Shown: piece by piece, positions 1 through 10,825 of the stretch
Numbering within the stretch: position 1 is the stretch's first letter
How the letters are laid out: each line of letters begins with the position of its first letter
Notes under the pieces: model-generated
The model's input: only the letters and a program-made list of their open reading frames with translations
Told to the model about the DNA's origin: nothing
The model's database searches: none
Assembly: GCA_965247095.1 (NCBI GenBank)
Contig: OZ251997.1
Location: 512,001-576,000 of the forward strand
DNA: 64,000 bases
Direction of reading: 5' to 3'
From: Candidatus Multivorans sp.
Lineage (GTDB): Bacteria > Acidobacteriota > Thermoanaerobaculia > Multivoradales > Multivoraceae
Made by a program: the position numbers and the translations under genes

Positions 1-3
1 GAG

Positions 4-2004
4 GTGGCGGAACTCCTGCCGGAGGAGGACGTGGCCTCCGAACGGCTGCGGCGACTGAGGGAGGGCAGCGATCTGCGCGTCGACGAAGGCCACGCGGACC
101 TGCTTGCCGCCCGCGTCGGCGATCAGGACGAAAGCGCCGAGTTGGAGGAACGCCTCGTTCGCCTGGTCGGTTTTCTGCTTCGGGCAGGGATCGTGGAGAA
201 CAAGGAGACCCTGCTCCAGAACCGGCTCGAGGGGGTGACGTTGCGCAACCAGCAGACCGGGGAGGAGTCGGTCCAGTTCGACCTCTTCGGCTTCCGCGGG
301 TACCCGGTTGAGGTGGAGAGCTACCTGGAAGCGGAAGTCGGCCGCTGGGGCGGCTGGTCCCGGGCCGATCGGGCGACGGTCGTCGACTTTCTGATGGTCA
401 ACCTGACCCCGAACGTCTACCTGAACCTGAACGAGACCCAGGAGCGCCGGAACGCGGCCGCGGAGGCGGTCGGACAGGTGTTCAGCCAGATCCGGGCGGG
501 CCAGGTCATCGTGCGCAAGGGCGACGAGGTCGACCTGGAAGCCATCAACCTGTTGCGGGAGATGACGGGCAGCGAGCGGCCGCTGACCCTGCTCCGATCG
601 CCCCTGGCGTCCGCCCTGATGCTGGGGCTGGCGGTGGCGTTCCTGTGGATCGCGTTCCGGCGCAAGCGGCTGGTTACCGTCGAGGCCCGCGCCTTCGGCA
701 GCGTCGTGCTGTTGCTGATCCTGGGTCTCCTGGCGACCCGTTTCGGCTTCGTGGTCGCGGACGCGCTCGCCGCCTCGTTCGAGATCGAGGCGCTCAGCTC
801 CGCGCGGAGCTACGGCTTCACGATTCCGTTCGCCGCGGTCGCACTCCTGGTGTCCGTGCTCTACGGCCGCGGCGCCGGGTTGCTTGCCGGCCTGGTGTTC
901 TCCGTTCTGGTCGGGCGTCTCGGATGGGCGGAGGCAGCCACCTCACAGCTTGGGTTGGCGGGCGGCACCATGCTCTACGCGCTGACCGGCAGCCTCGCCG
1001 CCGTGTTCGCGCTCGATCAACTGAAGCAACGGTCCGCGGTGATCAGGGCGGGCCTGCTGGTCGGGCTCGTCAACATGGCTTCGGTGACCGTGGTGACGCT
1101 GCTGGACACGAACGGCGCCACGTTCGTCGGCTGGGGCTTCGAACTGCTCTGCGGACTCCTCGGCGGCCTGCTGGTCGCGGCCGCGGTCGGCTTCGCGATC
1201 CCGGTGTTCGAGGCGATGTTGTTCCTGACCACGGACATGAAGCTGATGGAGCTCTCCGACACGAATCTGCCGCTCCTGCAGCGCGTTGCCTTCGAGGCGC
1301 CCGGCACCTTCCAGCACTCCCTGATGGTCGCCAATCTGGCCAAGGCGGGCTGTGAGGCCGTGGGCGCGAACCCGACGCTGGCGTATGTGGGAGGCCTCTA
1401 CCACGACATCGGCAAGGTGATGCGGCCGCAGTATTTCGTGGAGAACCAGCGCGACGCAGACAACCTGCACGACAACCTTGCGCCTTCGATGTCGGCGCTG
1501 ATCCTCGTCGATCACGTGAAGGAGGGCGTCCGCCTGGCGCGGGAGCATGGCCTGCCGCAGCCGATCGTGGACGCGATCGAACAGCACCACGGCACGCGCA
1601 CCCTCGCCTACTTCCTCGACCGGGCGAAGAAACGGGCTGAGCCGGGCCAGACGATCAACGAGCACCAGTACCGCTATATGGGCCCCATGCCCCAGAACAA
1701 GACGATGGGCGTGCTGATGGTCGCCGATACGGTGGAGGCCGCGAGCCGCACCCTCAAGGACTTCTCCGAGGAGTCGATCCGAGCGTTGGTTGCGCGTCTG
1801 TTGGACGACATCGTCGAGGATGGTCAGTTGGATCAGACGGATCTGACCCTTTCCGACCTGCGCCGGCTGAGCTACACCCTGCACAACGTCCTGAAGACGA
1901 TCCACCACCACCGGGTGGAGTATCCCGGCTTCGAATGGGGCAGGGAGAGTCGCGGTTCTCTCCGAGTTCTTCCCGGCGGCGCGGAGAGCGGCGGGTCCGA
2001 CTGA
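4..2004 (+). CDS. 7TM-HD family phosphohydrolase (PgpH-like cyclic-di-AMP phosphodiesterase); probably 5'-truncated by window edge
   Basis: Extracellular region, several hydrophobic TM stretches, then HD domain with APGTFQHS, YHDIGK, YFVENQ, IEQHHGT, ADTVEAASR motifs; upstream of ybeY as in the usual phoH-HD-ybeY-era neighbourhood. Confidence 0.85.
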   Translation: MAELLPEEDVASERLRRLREGSDLRVDEGHADLLAARVGDQDESAELEERLVRLVGFLLRAGIVENKETLLQNRLEGVTLRNQQTGEESVQFDLFGFRGYPVEVESYLEAEVGRWGGWSRADRATVVDFLMVNLTPNVYLNLNETQERRNAAAEAVGQVFSQIRAGQVIVRKGDEVDLEAINLLREMTGSERPLTLLRSPLASALMLGLAVAFLWIAFRRKRLVTVEARAFGSVVLLLILGLLATRFGFVVADALAASFEIEALSSARSYGFTIPFAAVALLVSVLYGRGAGLLAGLVFSVLVGRLGWAEAATSQLGLAGGTMLYALTGSLAAVFALDQLKQRSAVIRAGLLVGLVNMASVTVVTLLDTNGATFVGWGFELLCGLLGGLLVAAAVGFAIPVFEAMLFLTTDMKLMELSDTNLPLLQRVAFEAPGTFQHSLMVANLAKAGCEAVGANPTLAYVGGLYHDIGKVMRPQYFVENQRDADNLHDNLAPSMSALILVDHVKEGVRLAREHGLPQPIVDAIEQHHGTRTLAYFLDRAKKRAEPGQTINEHQYRYMGPMPQNKTMGVLMVADTVEAASRTLKDFSEESIRALVARLLDDIVEDGQLDQTDLTLSDLRRLSYTLHNVLKTIHHHRVEYPGFEWGRESRGSLRVLPGGAESGGSD

Positions 2005-2012
2005 TCCCCAAC

Positions 2013-3323
2013 GTGGCGACCATCGATCTGCAGGTTGAGGCCTCCGTGGAGGCCAGGTGCCGGGCCCTGGCGCCCGGTCTTCGCCGCGTCGCTCACGATG
2101 TGGTCGCGGAACTGGCGCCGGCCCCGGCCACGCTGACCCTGCGCCTCACAGGCGACGACGAGATCCGGGAGTTGAACCGCCGCTACCGGACGGTCGATGC
2201 GTCGACCGACGTGCTCTCGTTTCCCGGCGAGACGACTCCGGAGGGGCGGCACCTGGGCGATGTCGTGATCTCGGTGGAGAAGGCCGTGGCGCGCAGCGGC
2301 GCCGCTCTCGAGCGGGAGCTCCAGGTGCTCGTACTGCACGGCATCCTGCACTGCCTGGGCTACGACCATGAGACGGACGACGGCGAGATGGAGGCCCTGG
2401 AGCAGCGGCTGCGGGCGCACTTCCTGGGGCCGTACAGGACCGGAACGGTGGCGTTCGTGGGCCGTCCGAACGCGGGCAAGTCGACGCTGATGAACCGGAT
2501 GCTGGGCGAGAAGCTGGCGATCGTCTCCGACAAGCCGCAGACCACCCGCCACCGATTGATCGGCATCCTGACCACGGAACGCGGCCAGATGGTGTTCCAC
2601 GACACGCCCGGCCTGCACCGGCCCCTGCACCGGTTGAACCGCAGCATGGTCCACGCCGCCTCCGCGGCACTCAACGAGGCCGATGTCGTATGCCTGGTCC
2701 GCGACGTGGCGGTTCCGTTCGGCAAGGGCGAGGCCTACGCTCTCGATCTCGTCGGCGCCGCGGCGGCAGCCGGACCGGAGCGTCCCATGCTGTGCCTGCT
2801 GAACAAGATCGACCAGGTCAAGAAGCACCGGCTGTTGCCCGAGATCGAGCGCTATGCCGGCCGCGGCGTGTTCAAGGAGATCGTGCCCATCTCGGCGCTC
2901 ACCGGAGACGGCGTGGAACAGGTCCTGGAGATCCTCTGGCAACACCTTCCGGCGGGCGAGCCGCAGCACGATCCCGAGCTTCTGACCGTGCACACCGAAC
3001 GCTTCCTGGTGGCGGAGATGATTCGGGAGAAGGTGCTCGAACAGACGCGGGATGAGTTGCCCTTCACGACCGCCGTCGTCGTCGAGGCCTGGGAGGACGG
3101 CGACAAGCGGACGGAACTGTTCGCCAACATCCTGGTCGACCGGGACAGCCACAAGGGCATCGTGATCGGTCGCGGCGGCAAACGGATCAAGGAGATAGGC
3201 ACCGCGGCCCGCCGGGATCTGGAGGACTTCCTGGGGCGGCGGGTGTACCTGGATTTGCAGGTCAGGACCCACCCGGGATGGCGCGAGGACACAGCCGTGC
3301 TCCACCGCCTGGAGCCGGGCTAG
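2013..3323 (+). CDS. ybeY-era: YbeY endoribonuclease - Era GTPase fusion protein
   Basis: N-half has LNRRYR..TDVLSFP, GDVVIS, HGILHCLGYDH (YbeY). It continues in frame into VGRPNAGKSTL, KPQTTR, DTPG, NKID, ISALTG and the KH domain IREK..ELP, VIGRGG (Era). GTG start at 2013 is inferred. Confidence 0.9.
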   Translation: MATIDLQVEASVEARCRALAPGLRRVAHDVVAELAPAPATLTLRLTGDDEIRELNRRYRTVDASTDVLSFPGETTPEGRHLGDVVISVEKAVARSGAALERELQVLVLHGILHCLGYDHETDDGEMEALEQRLRAHFLGPYRTGTVAFVGRPNAGKSTLMNRMLGEKLAIVSDKPQTTRHRLIGILTTERGQMVFHDTPGLHRPLHRLNRSMVHAASAALNEADVVCLVRDVAVPFGKGEAYALDLVGAAAAAGPERPMLCLLNKIDQVKKHRLLPEIERYAGRGVFKEIVPISALTGDGVEQVLEILWQHLPAGEPQHDPELLTVHTERFLVAEMIREKVLEQTRDELPFTTAVVVEAWEDGDKRTELFANILVDRDSHKGIVIGRGGKRIKEIGTAARRDLEDFLGRRVYLDLQVRTHPGWREDTAVLHRLEPG

Positions 3324-3479
3324 GAGGGTGGGCGGCGCTGTGGGTTGCCAGTTGATGGACTCGCTGATAGACAGGCGGCCAAAGCGCTTTCGTGCATGCA
3401 GGAATCGGTCGAGTCGGCGGCTCGGCTACATCGCTTCGGCGCGGTTTCACCGCGGTAAGGACAAGCAAAGGAGGACTTC

Positions 3480-4901
<1,422 letters not shown>

Positions 4902-4909
4902 GAGTATTC

Positions 4910-6256
4910 GTGCAAGCCTTAGCGATTCGCACCTTCGGCATCGTGCTGGGGTTGACGTTGACCGCGCCGGCCATCGCCGACGACTGGCCGCAGTGGCGGG
5001 GCGCCGACCGCTCCGGCGTGTGGCAGGAGGACGGCGTCCTGGAGCAATTCCCCGAAGGGGGGCTCGAGGTCGTCTGGCGGGTACCTATCCACGGCGGCTA
5101 CTCGGGCCCGGTGGTGGCGGACGGCCGCGTGCTCGTCACCGACTGGCGGCGCGTTGAAGGCACGCGCGCCATCACCGGGAAGGAACGCGTGCTGGCGCTC
5201 GACGAGGAGACCGGCGAGGTGCTCTGGAGTTACGAGTGGGACGTGAACTACTCCGCGCTCCAGCAGAGCTACGCGATCGGCCCGCGCTCCACACCGGCCG
5301 TCGACGGCGACCGCGTGTACGTCATGGGCGCGGTCGGTCACCTGTTCGCGCTGAATGCGGAGACGGGCGACGTGATCTGGAGCTACGACTCGGTGGAGCA
5401 GGGCGATGCCAGCATCACGATCTGGGGGTTCGCCAGTTCGCCGCTCGTGCACGGCGACCTGCTGATCCAGATCGTGGGCGCTGAGCCGGACGGCAAGGTG
5501 GTCGCGTTCAACAAGCACACGGGCGAGGAGGTCTGGCGGTCGCTGTCTTCGGACTGGGAGATGGGCTACGGCCAGCCGATGATCTTCGAACGCGGCGGCG
5601 TGGACCAGCTCATCGTCTGGGAGCCGCAGGCGGTCAACTCGCTCAATCCGGCGACCGGCGAGGTCTACTGGACCGTGCCCTGGGAGGTCGCCTCCGGGAT
5701 GACCGTGACGACCCCGGTGATCGACGGCAACCGGCTCCTGTTCAGCCAGTTCTACCGCGGTTCCCTGTTGCTCGAGTTCGACGAGGAGAAGCCTGAGGTC
5801 ACGGAGCTCTGGCGCGGCAAGAGCCGCAGCGAGATGCCGGAGGAGACGGAGGGGCTTCACGCCCTGATCACCACGCCGATCCTCGAGGGCGACACGATCT
5901 ACGGCGTCTGCAGCTACGGCCAGTTGCGCGGCCTCGACGCCTCGGACGGTTCACGGCTCTGGGAGAGCGACAAGATGACCCGCCAGGGGCGCTGGGGCGC
6001 CGCCTTCATGGTGAAGCACGGCGACCGCTGGTTCGTGAACAACGATGTCGGCGACCTGATCATCGCCCGCTTCACCCGCGACGGGTACGAGGAGATCGAC
6101 CGCGCCAAGCTGATCGAGCCGACCGCGCGGTCCGGCTTCGGGCCCCGGCGGTTCTACGACGCGATGGTCAACTGGTCCCACCCGGCCTACGCCAACCGTC
6201 ACATCATTGCCCGCAATGACGCGGAGATCATTCGTGTCTCCCTGGCTGCCGAGTAG
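4910..6256 (+). CDS. secreted PQQ-like/BamB-type beta-propeller protein
   Basis: Signal peptide then DWPQWRG, repeated ALDxETGExLW / AFNKHTGEEVW motifs, C-terminal WSHPAYAN. Confidence 0.8.
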   Translation: MQALAIRTFGIVLGLTLTAPAIADDWPQWRGADRSGVWQEDGVLEQFPEGGLEVVWRVPIHGGYSGPVVADGRVLVTDWRRVEGTRAITGKERVLALDEETGEVLWSYEWDVNYSALQQSYAIGPRSTPAVDGDRVYVMGAVGHLFALNAETGDVIWSYDSVEQGDASITIWGFASSPLVHGDLLIQIVGAEPDGKVVAFNKHTGEEVWRSLSSDWEMGYGQPMIFERGGVDQLIVWEPQAVNSLNPATGEVYWTVPWEVASGMTVTTPVIDGNRLLFSQFYRGSLLLEFDEEKPEVTELWRGKSRSEMPEETEGLHALITTPILEGDTIYGVCSYGQLRGLDASDGSRLWESDKMTRQGRWGAAFMVKHGDRWFVNNDVGDLIIARFTRDGYEEIDRAKLIEPTARSGFGPRRFYDAMVNWSHPAYANRHIIARNDAEIIRVSLAAE

Positions 6257-6276
6257 CCGGCGTGGGTACTGAGGTG

Positions 6277-8202
6277 ATGTCCGGCGGGTGGAACAGCGGC
6301 CGTCCGTCCACTGCGTGCGCCGGCCTCCTGGCCGGCATCCGGCCGGCCGTCGTCTTCGCGTCGATTGCGATCCTCGCAACCCTGCCAGCCGCCGCCCAGC
6401 AGGGCTCGGAGCGCTGGGCGCCGGCGATCGCGGCCTTCGAAGCACAGGACCGCGAGCAGCCGCCGCAGCCGGGCGGCACCATGTTCCTGGGTTCGTCGAG
6501 CATCCGGTTCTGGGACCTGGAGCGCTGGTTCCCCGCGAGCCGCTTCCCGGGGCTCCGGGCCACCAACCGCGGCTTCGGCGGCTCGCAGATCGCCGACTCC
6601 CTGCGCTACCTCGACCGCATCGTCTGGCCGCACCGCCCGTCGACCATCGTCTTCTACGCCGGCGACAACGACATCGCGGCCGGCAAGTCGGCCCAGGCCG
6701 TTGCCGCGGACTTTGCCGAGCTGAGCCGCCGGGTGTGGGCGAAGTTGCCCGAGGCCCGGCTCATCTACGTGGCGATCAAGCCGAGCCTGGCGCGCTGGCA
6801 GCTCGCCCCCGAGATGCGGTCCGCCAACGCGCTGATCGAGGCATCGGCGGAAGGAGAGCCGCGCCTGACCTTCCTCGACATCGATGCGCCGATGATCGGC
6901 GACGACGGCCGGCCGCGGCCGGAGCTCTTCGTTGCCGACGGTCTGCACTTGAGCGACGACGGCTACCGGCTGTGGACCGACCTGCTGGCGCCCCACTTCG
7001 ACTCCCGCGAACCCGCGGGGCCGGTGGGGGAGCTGATCTTCCCTCCAGAGCACTGGCACAACCATGGCTCTTCCCTGGTCGAGCTGCCCAACGGCGACCT
7101 GCTGGTGGCCTGGTTCCACGGTTCGGGCGAGCGGACCGCCGACGACGTGCGCATCCTGGGCGCCCGCATGAGCGCCGGCGCGACGACCTGGAGCGCGCCC
7201 TTCCTGCTCGCCGACACGCCCGGCTTCCCGGACACGAACTCCACCCTGCTGCTGGCGCCCGTGAGCGCCGGCGGCCACCGGCTGTGGCTGTTCTGGCCCA
7301 CGATCCAGGCGAATCTCTGGGAAAGCGCCCTGATGAAGTACAAGGTCTCGATCGACTTCGAGGGGGCCGGGCCGCCGGTCTGGCAGTGGCAGGACGTGCT
7401 GCACATGAAGCCCGGCGACGGTTTCCACGACCTCGTGGCGAGCCGGACCGACGAGTACTTCCGCAGCCTGGGCTTCACCGGCACCACGGATCCGGCCGCG
7501 CCCGAGGCGGTCCGGCGCTGGGCGGCGCACAACCTGGAACAGGCCGCGGACAAGCTGACCCGGCGGATCGGCTGGTTCACGCGCGCTCACCCGGTCGTCC
7601 TGCCCCTGCCCTCAGGCGGTCAGCGCCTGCTGGTTGGGCTCTACTCCGACGGCTTCAGTTTCGCCTCCGCGACCTACAGCGACGACGGCGGTCACAGTTG
7701 GACGATGAGTGAGCCGATCATCGGCGGCGGCAACATCCAGCCGGCGTTCGCTCTGCGCCGCGACGGCGCCCTGGTCGCCTTCATGCGCGACAACGGACCG
7801 CCGCCGAAGCGGGCCCACGTCGCCGAGTCGAACGACCTGGGTGTCACCTGGTCCATCGCCCGCGACCATCCCGACCTGGTCGAGACCGGCGCCGGGCTTG
7901 AGGTCCTGAGACTCGCGAGCGGCCGCTGGATCGTCGTCCACAACGACATCCCCGACGGCCGGTACCGACTCGCCGTGTCGGTGTCCGAGGACGAGGGCCG
8001 GACGTTCAAACACCGGCGCTACATCGAGCGCGAGGAGAAGGGCGTCGGCCGGTATCACTACCCATCGGTGATCCAGGCCCGGGACGGCCGCGTCCACGTG
8101 ACCTACAGCTATCACGTCGCCGGCGCGCTCGACGACGGCGGCCAGGGCAAGAGCATCAAGCACGTGAGCTTCGACGAGGCCTGGCTCCTCGGCGCAAGCT
8201 GA
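6277..8202 (+). CDS. SGNH/GDSL esterase fused to BNR/Asp-box sialidase-like domain
   Basis: FLGSSSIRFW, NRGFGGS, YAGDND, DGLHL (SGNH blocks). Then HGSSLVELPNGDLLVAWF and Asp-boxes SDDGGHSW, SNDLGVTW, SEDEGRTF, YHYPS. Start uncertain (6262 or 6277). Confidence 0.8.
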   Translation: MSGGWNSGRPSTACAGLLAGIRPAVVFASIAILATLPAAAQQGSERWAPAIAAFEAQDREQPPQPGGTMFLGSSSIRFWDLERWFPASRFPGLRATNRGFGGSQIADSLRYLDRIVWPHRPSTIVFYAGDNDIAAGKSAQAVAADFAELSRRVWAKLPEARLIYVAIKPSLARWQLAPEMRSANALIEASAEGEPRLTFLDIDAPMIGDDGRPRPELFVADGLHLSDDGYRLWTDLLAPHFDSREPAGPVGELIFPPEHWHNHGSSLVELPNGDLLVAWFHGSGERTADDVRILGARMSAGATTWSAPFLLADTPGFPDTNSTLLLAPVSAGGHRLWLFWPTIQANLWESALMKYKVSIDFEGAGPPVWQWQDVLHMKPGDGFHDLVASRTDEYFRSLGFTGTTDPAAPEAVRRWAAHNLEQAADKLTRRIGWFTRAHPVVLPLPSGGQRLLVGLYSDGFSFASATYSDDGGHSWTMSEPIIGGGNIQPAFALRRDGALVAFMRDNGPPPKRAHVAESNDLGVTWSIARDHPDLVETGAGLEVLRLASGRWIVVHNDIPDGRYRLAVSVSEDEGRTFKHRRYIEREEKGVGRYHYPSVIQARDGRVHVTYSYHVAGALDDGGQGKSIKHVSFDEAWLLGAS

Positions 8203-8233
8203 CCACACAACACGTTCAACCGGGGGAGTTCCC

Positions 8234-8614
8234 ATGCGCCAACGACCGTTCTCCGTCGCCGCCCTGATCGCCACTCTCGGCCTCGCCCTGCTGTTCGGTT
8301 CCTGAAGGAGCGCATCTTCGATCCGCTGGGAATGGTCGACACGGACTTCTACGTCCCGGACGAGAAGCTCGACCGCTTCGCCGTGAACTACGTGCCCACG
8401 CCGGAGGGCGGCATGATGGTAGTCGACGATCCGGAGACCAGCGCCTACCGGCAGCCCCCCAAGGTCGAGATGGGGGGCTCCGGCCTGGTCGCCACCGCCG
8501 GCGACTACCTGCGCTTCGCCCGTCGGCATGGTGCTGACCCAGTTGCTGCCCACCGGCACCTATCCGCTCCGCCCGACGATGGAGGTGCTGACGTACCAGG
8601 CGATCGTGGAGTAG
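8234..8614 (+). pseudogene. internally deleted beta-lactamase-family serine hydrolase remnant
   Basis: RBS plus signal-peptide fragment MRQRPFSVAALIATLGLALLF. In another frame FLKERIFDPLGMVDT...GGSGLVATAGDYLRFA, then a C-terminal fragment VGMVLTQ...LTYQAIVE*; no SxxK region present. Confidence 0.75.
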
Positions 8615-8657
8615 GGGCGGCGGGGGGCCGAAGACGATTGAGTACCATCGCCTCAAC

Positions 8658-8692
8658 TGGACACTTTTTCTGTCTGGTCGTATAGTCTGACC
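8658..8692 (+). promoter_or_regulatory. sigma70-like promoter with overlapping palindrome (putative TA operator)
   Basis: TGGACA-17 nt-TATAGT; GGTC...GACC inverted repeat around the -10. Confidence 0.55.
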
Positions 8693-8741
8693 GTTTCAGG
8701 CCCTCGACTTGGGCCTGCCGAAGAACCGCCAGGAGGTGACG

Positions 8742-8963
8742 ATGAGCCGTACGTTGGGCGCCGCCCAGTTCAAGGAACAGTGCCTCGCGATCCTCGATCA
8801 GGTGGGGCCCGAGGGCATCGTGATCACGAAGCATGGGCGGCCCGTGGCGAAGTTGATTCCGATCGTGGGCACGTCGGAGCACCTGATCGGTAGTTTGCGC
8901 GGGAAGCTCCGGATCGTGGGCGACACGATGAGTACCGGGGTCAAGTGGGATGCTGAATCTTGA
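8742..8963 (+). CDS. Phd/YefM family antitoxin
   Basis: AAQFKEQCLAILDQV..IVITKHGRPVAKLIP; AGGAGG RBS; overlaps downstream PIN gene. Confidence 0.88.
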   Translation: MSRTLGAAQFKEQCLAILDQVGPEGIVITKHGRPVAKLIPIVGTSEHLIGSLRGKLRIVGDTMSTGVKWDAES

Positions 8964-9330
8964 TACCCACATCCTGATTGACGCGCTTGAAGGAACCCTG
9001 AAGCCCTCGGAGCGTCGGATCCTGGCGGGCGACCGCTGGAGCATCTCGGCGATCGTTCTCTGGGAGTTGGCCAAGCTCGCTCAGTTGGGTCGCATCGAGT
9101 TTGACTTCGACGACCGTCGGATCGGGAGGACGCTGCGCCAGATCCATACGTGGCCGCTGACGGTAGAGGTCTGTCGCGCCAGTTGTCAGCTCGACTTCAG
9201 AAGTGATCCAGCAGACGAACTGATCGCCGCGACCAGCATCGTCCACGACGTTCCGCTGGTTACCCGGGATCGGATGGTCCTTGGGTCCGGGTTGGTGCCG
9301 CTGGCGGGCGGCGGAGAAGCCGCTCGGTGA
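8950..9330 (+). CDS. VapC/PIN domain toxin
   Basis: LDTHIL, SAIVLWEL, DPADELIAAT, LVTRD acidic PIN motifs. Confidence 0.88.
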   Translation: MLNLDTHILIDALEGTLKPSERRILAGDRWSISAIVLWELAKLAQLGRIEFDFDDRRIGRTLRQIHTWPLTVEVCRASCQLDFRSDPADELIAATSIVHDVPLVTRDRMVLGSGLVPLAGGGEAAR

Positions 9331-9397
9331 TCCGCCCAGCAGATCAACCAAGCCTTTGCCCCTGCGCTCACAGCATGAGCGGGCGCGAGGAGGCCGC

Positions 9398-10024
9398 GTG
9401 AGGAGGAAGGGCAGTGAGGGACGGTTGAGGTTCTTCGACCGTGGGAACACCATGTGTCCGATCTGCCTCGAACGGTTCTCGAGAGAGGCTGTCAAGAAGG
9501 GTCGCGAGGTCACTCTGGAACACGCTCCCCCCAAGACGTTGGGTGGTGTGGAGATGTGTCTGACCTGCACAAGTTGCAATGGGAGTGCCGGAAGCAGTCT
9601 AGATCAAGCCGCTGCGTTGGCGCACCGTATCGGGGAGGAGCAGTCGGCAGGCCATGGCGTGAGGGTCCTGCTCGAGGTTTGCGGAATCAAGCGCACTACG
9701 CACTTCCGGCCCGAAGGCTTCCGAGGTGCTGGCAGCAGCCTTGCCAGAAACCCCGCGGCAAAGCGGTTTCTGACCGAGCTACCAAGCCATGACGTTGTAG
9801 CACTTTCGGTCGAAATGCCGCTGCGCCAGGACTCTGGGCATTGTGGAAGGGACCTCTTCGGGAGAGAGGTCGTAGTACAAGGCGACGGGCATGAGGGGCG
9901 TTGCGTCGTTGTGAACCAGGAGGACCGCGTTTGTACGCTCATGCCAGTGGGTCCGAGGGTACCCTTGAGTGAGGGCGGCGGGGAGAGGTTGGACGGTCTC
10001 GGTCTTGCCCAAGTTAGTCCATAG
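9398..10024 (+). CDS. Zn-binding HNH-like endonuclease, possibly degenerate at C-terminus
   Basis: GAGGAGG RBS plus GTG; CPIC...TLEHAPPKTLGG...LTCTSCN. Confidence 0.55.
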   Translation: MRRKGSEGRLRFFDRGNTMCPICLERFSREAVKKGREVTLEHAPPKTLGGVEMCLTCTSCNGSAGSSLDQAAALAHRIGEEQSAGHGVRVLLEVCGIKRTTHFRPEGFRGAGSSLARNPAAKRFLTELPSHDVVALSVEMPLRQDSGHCGRDLFGREVVVQGDGHEGRCVVVNQEDRVCTLMPVGPRVPLSEGGGERLDGLGLAQVSP

Positions 10025-10811
10025 GTAGCGGCCGCAGCAGTTTCCGGTCGATCAGCGTCTGGAAGTGCCGGACCACCGTCAGTGCAAGGTGGCGGTCACG
10101 GGACAGCAGGCCCATCTCGATGTTGCGGTCGAGAGCGGCCTCCGTGAAGTTGGCCGACGTGATGAACACCACCTCCTCGTCAGCCACAACTGCCTTGGCG
10201 TGGAGAACGCCTTTTGGACCCTTCGGTTCAAGGGAGCGAGGGTCGTAGAACACGTGCGGACGCGACGAGCCCGGCCAGTCGCGATCCCAGAAGCGCTCTG
10301 CGAAACCGCGGACGAGGTGGTCGGCGGCGGTCGTGTTGCCGCGCCGGCGCTCTATGTTCAAGAGAAGCGTGACCTTGAGATCCGGGAGCGCCTCCATTTT
10401 CTCGGCCAGGGTCTTGAAGGCGCGGGGGCCGTCGAAGAAGGCGTAGGTGCTGGCCCAGATCGACCGGGTTGCCGCGTCGATGATCTCGTCGTAGACGCGG
10501 CGGGTGTCGCGGGCGTGAAGCCCCGGAACCTCAGGCCCGGACCAGACGAAGTCGGGGCTGGAGAAGCTGCCGGCGAGTTGGTCCAGGCTTCGCAGCCACG
10601 CGGCGGCGACAGCCTCGGTGACGCCGAGTTGGCGCCATCCGGCAAGCAGGCGCAGCACCGCCTGCCCTTGGCCGCCGCGCAGCGTCATGCTCGCGCGAAG
10701 AGCCGTGACCGAGGGGCTCAGGTCGAGCAGACCGGTTTCCAGCGCCTTCGCGAGCGAAGTCCGTAGATGGGCCGGAAGTTCGAGCAGCGCCTCGACGGCT
10801 TCCTCGTTCAT
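10014..10811 (-). CDS. drmC: DISARM phospholipase D-like nuclease DrmC
   Basis: VWSGPE, HARDT, LHAKAVVAD (HKD), TSANFT, NIEMG; directly downstream of drmB; real start MNEEAV at 10811. Confidence 0.88.
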   Translation of the reverse strand: MNEEAVEALLELPAHLRTSLAKALETGLLDLSPSVTALRASMTLRGGQGQAVLRLLAGWRQLGVTEAVAAAWLRSLDQLAGSFSSPDFVWSGPEVPGLHARDTRRVYDEIIDAATRSIWASTYAFFDGPRAFKTLAEKMEALPDLKVTLLLNIERRRGNTTAADHLVRGFAERFWDRDWPGSSRPHVFYDPRSLEPKGPKGVLHAKAVVADEEVVFITSANFTEAALDRNIEMGLLSRDRHLALTVVRHFQTLIDRKLLRPLPMD

Positions 10812-10825
10812 GGCCGGCCCGCGGG

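Noticed and set aside
3324-3479. Sigma54/NtrC site or glutamine riboswitch upstream of glnA
   Set aside because: No convincing TGGCAC-N5-TTGC; only a short AAAGCGCTTT palindrome.
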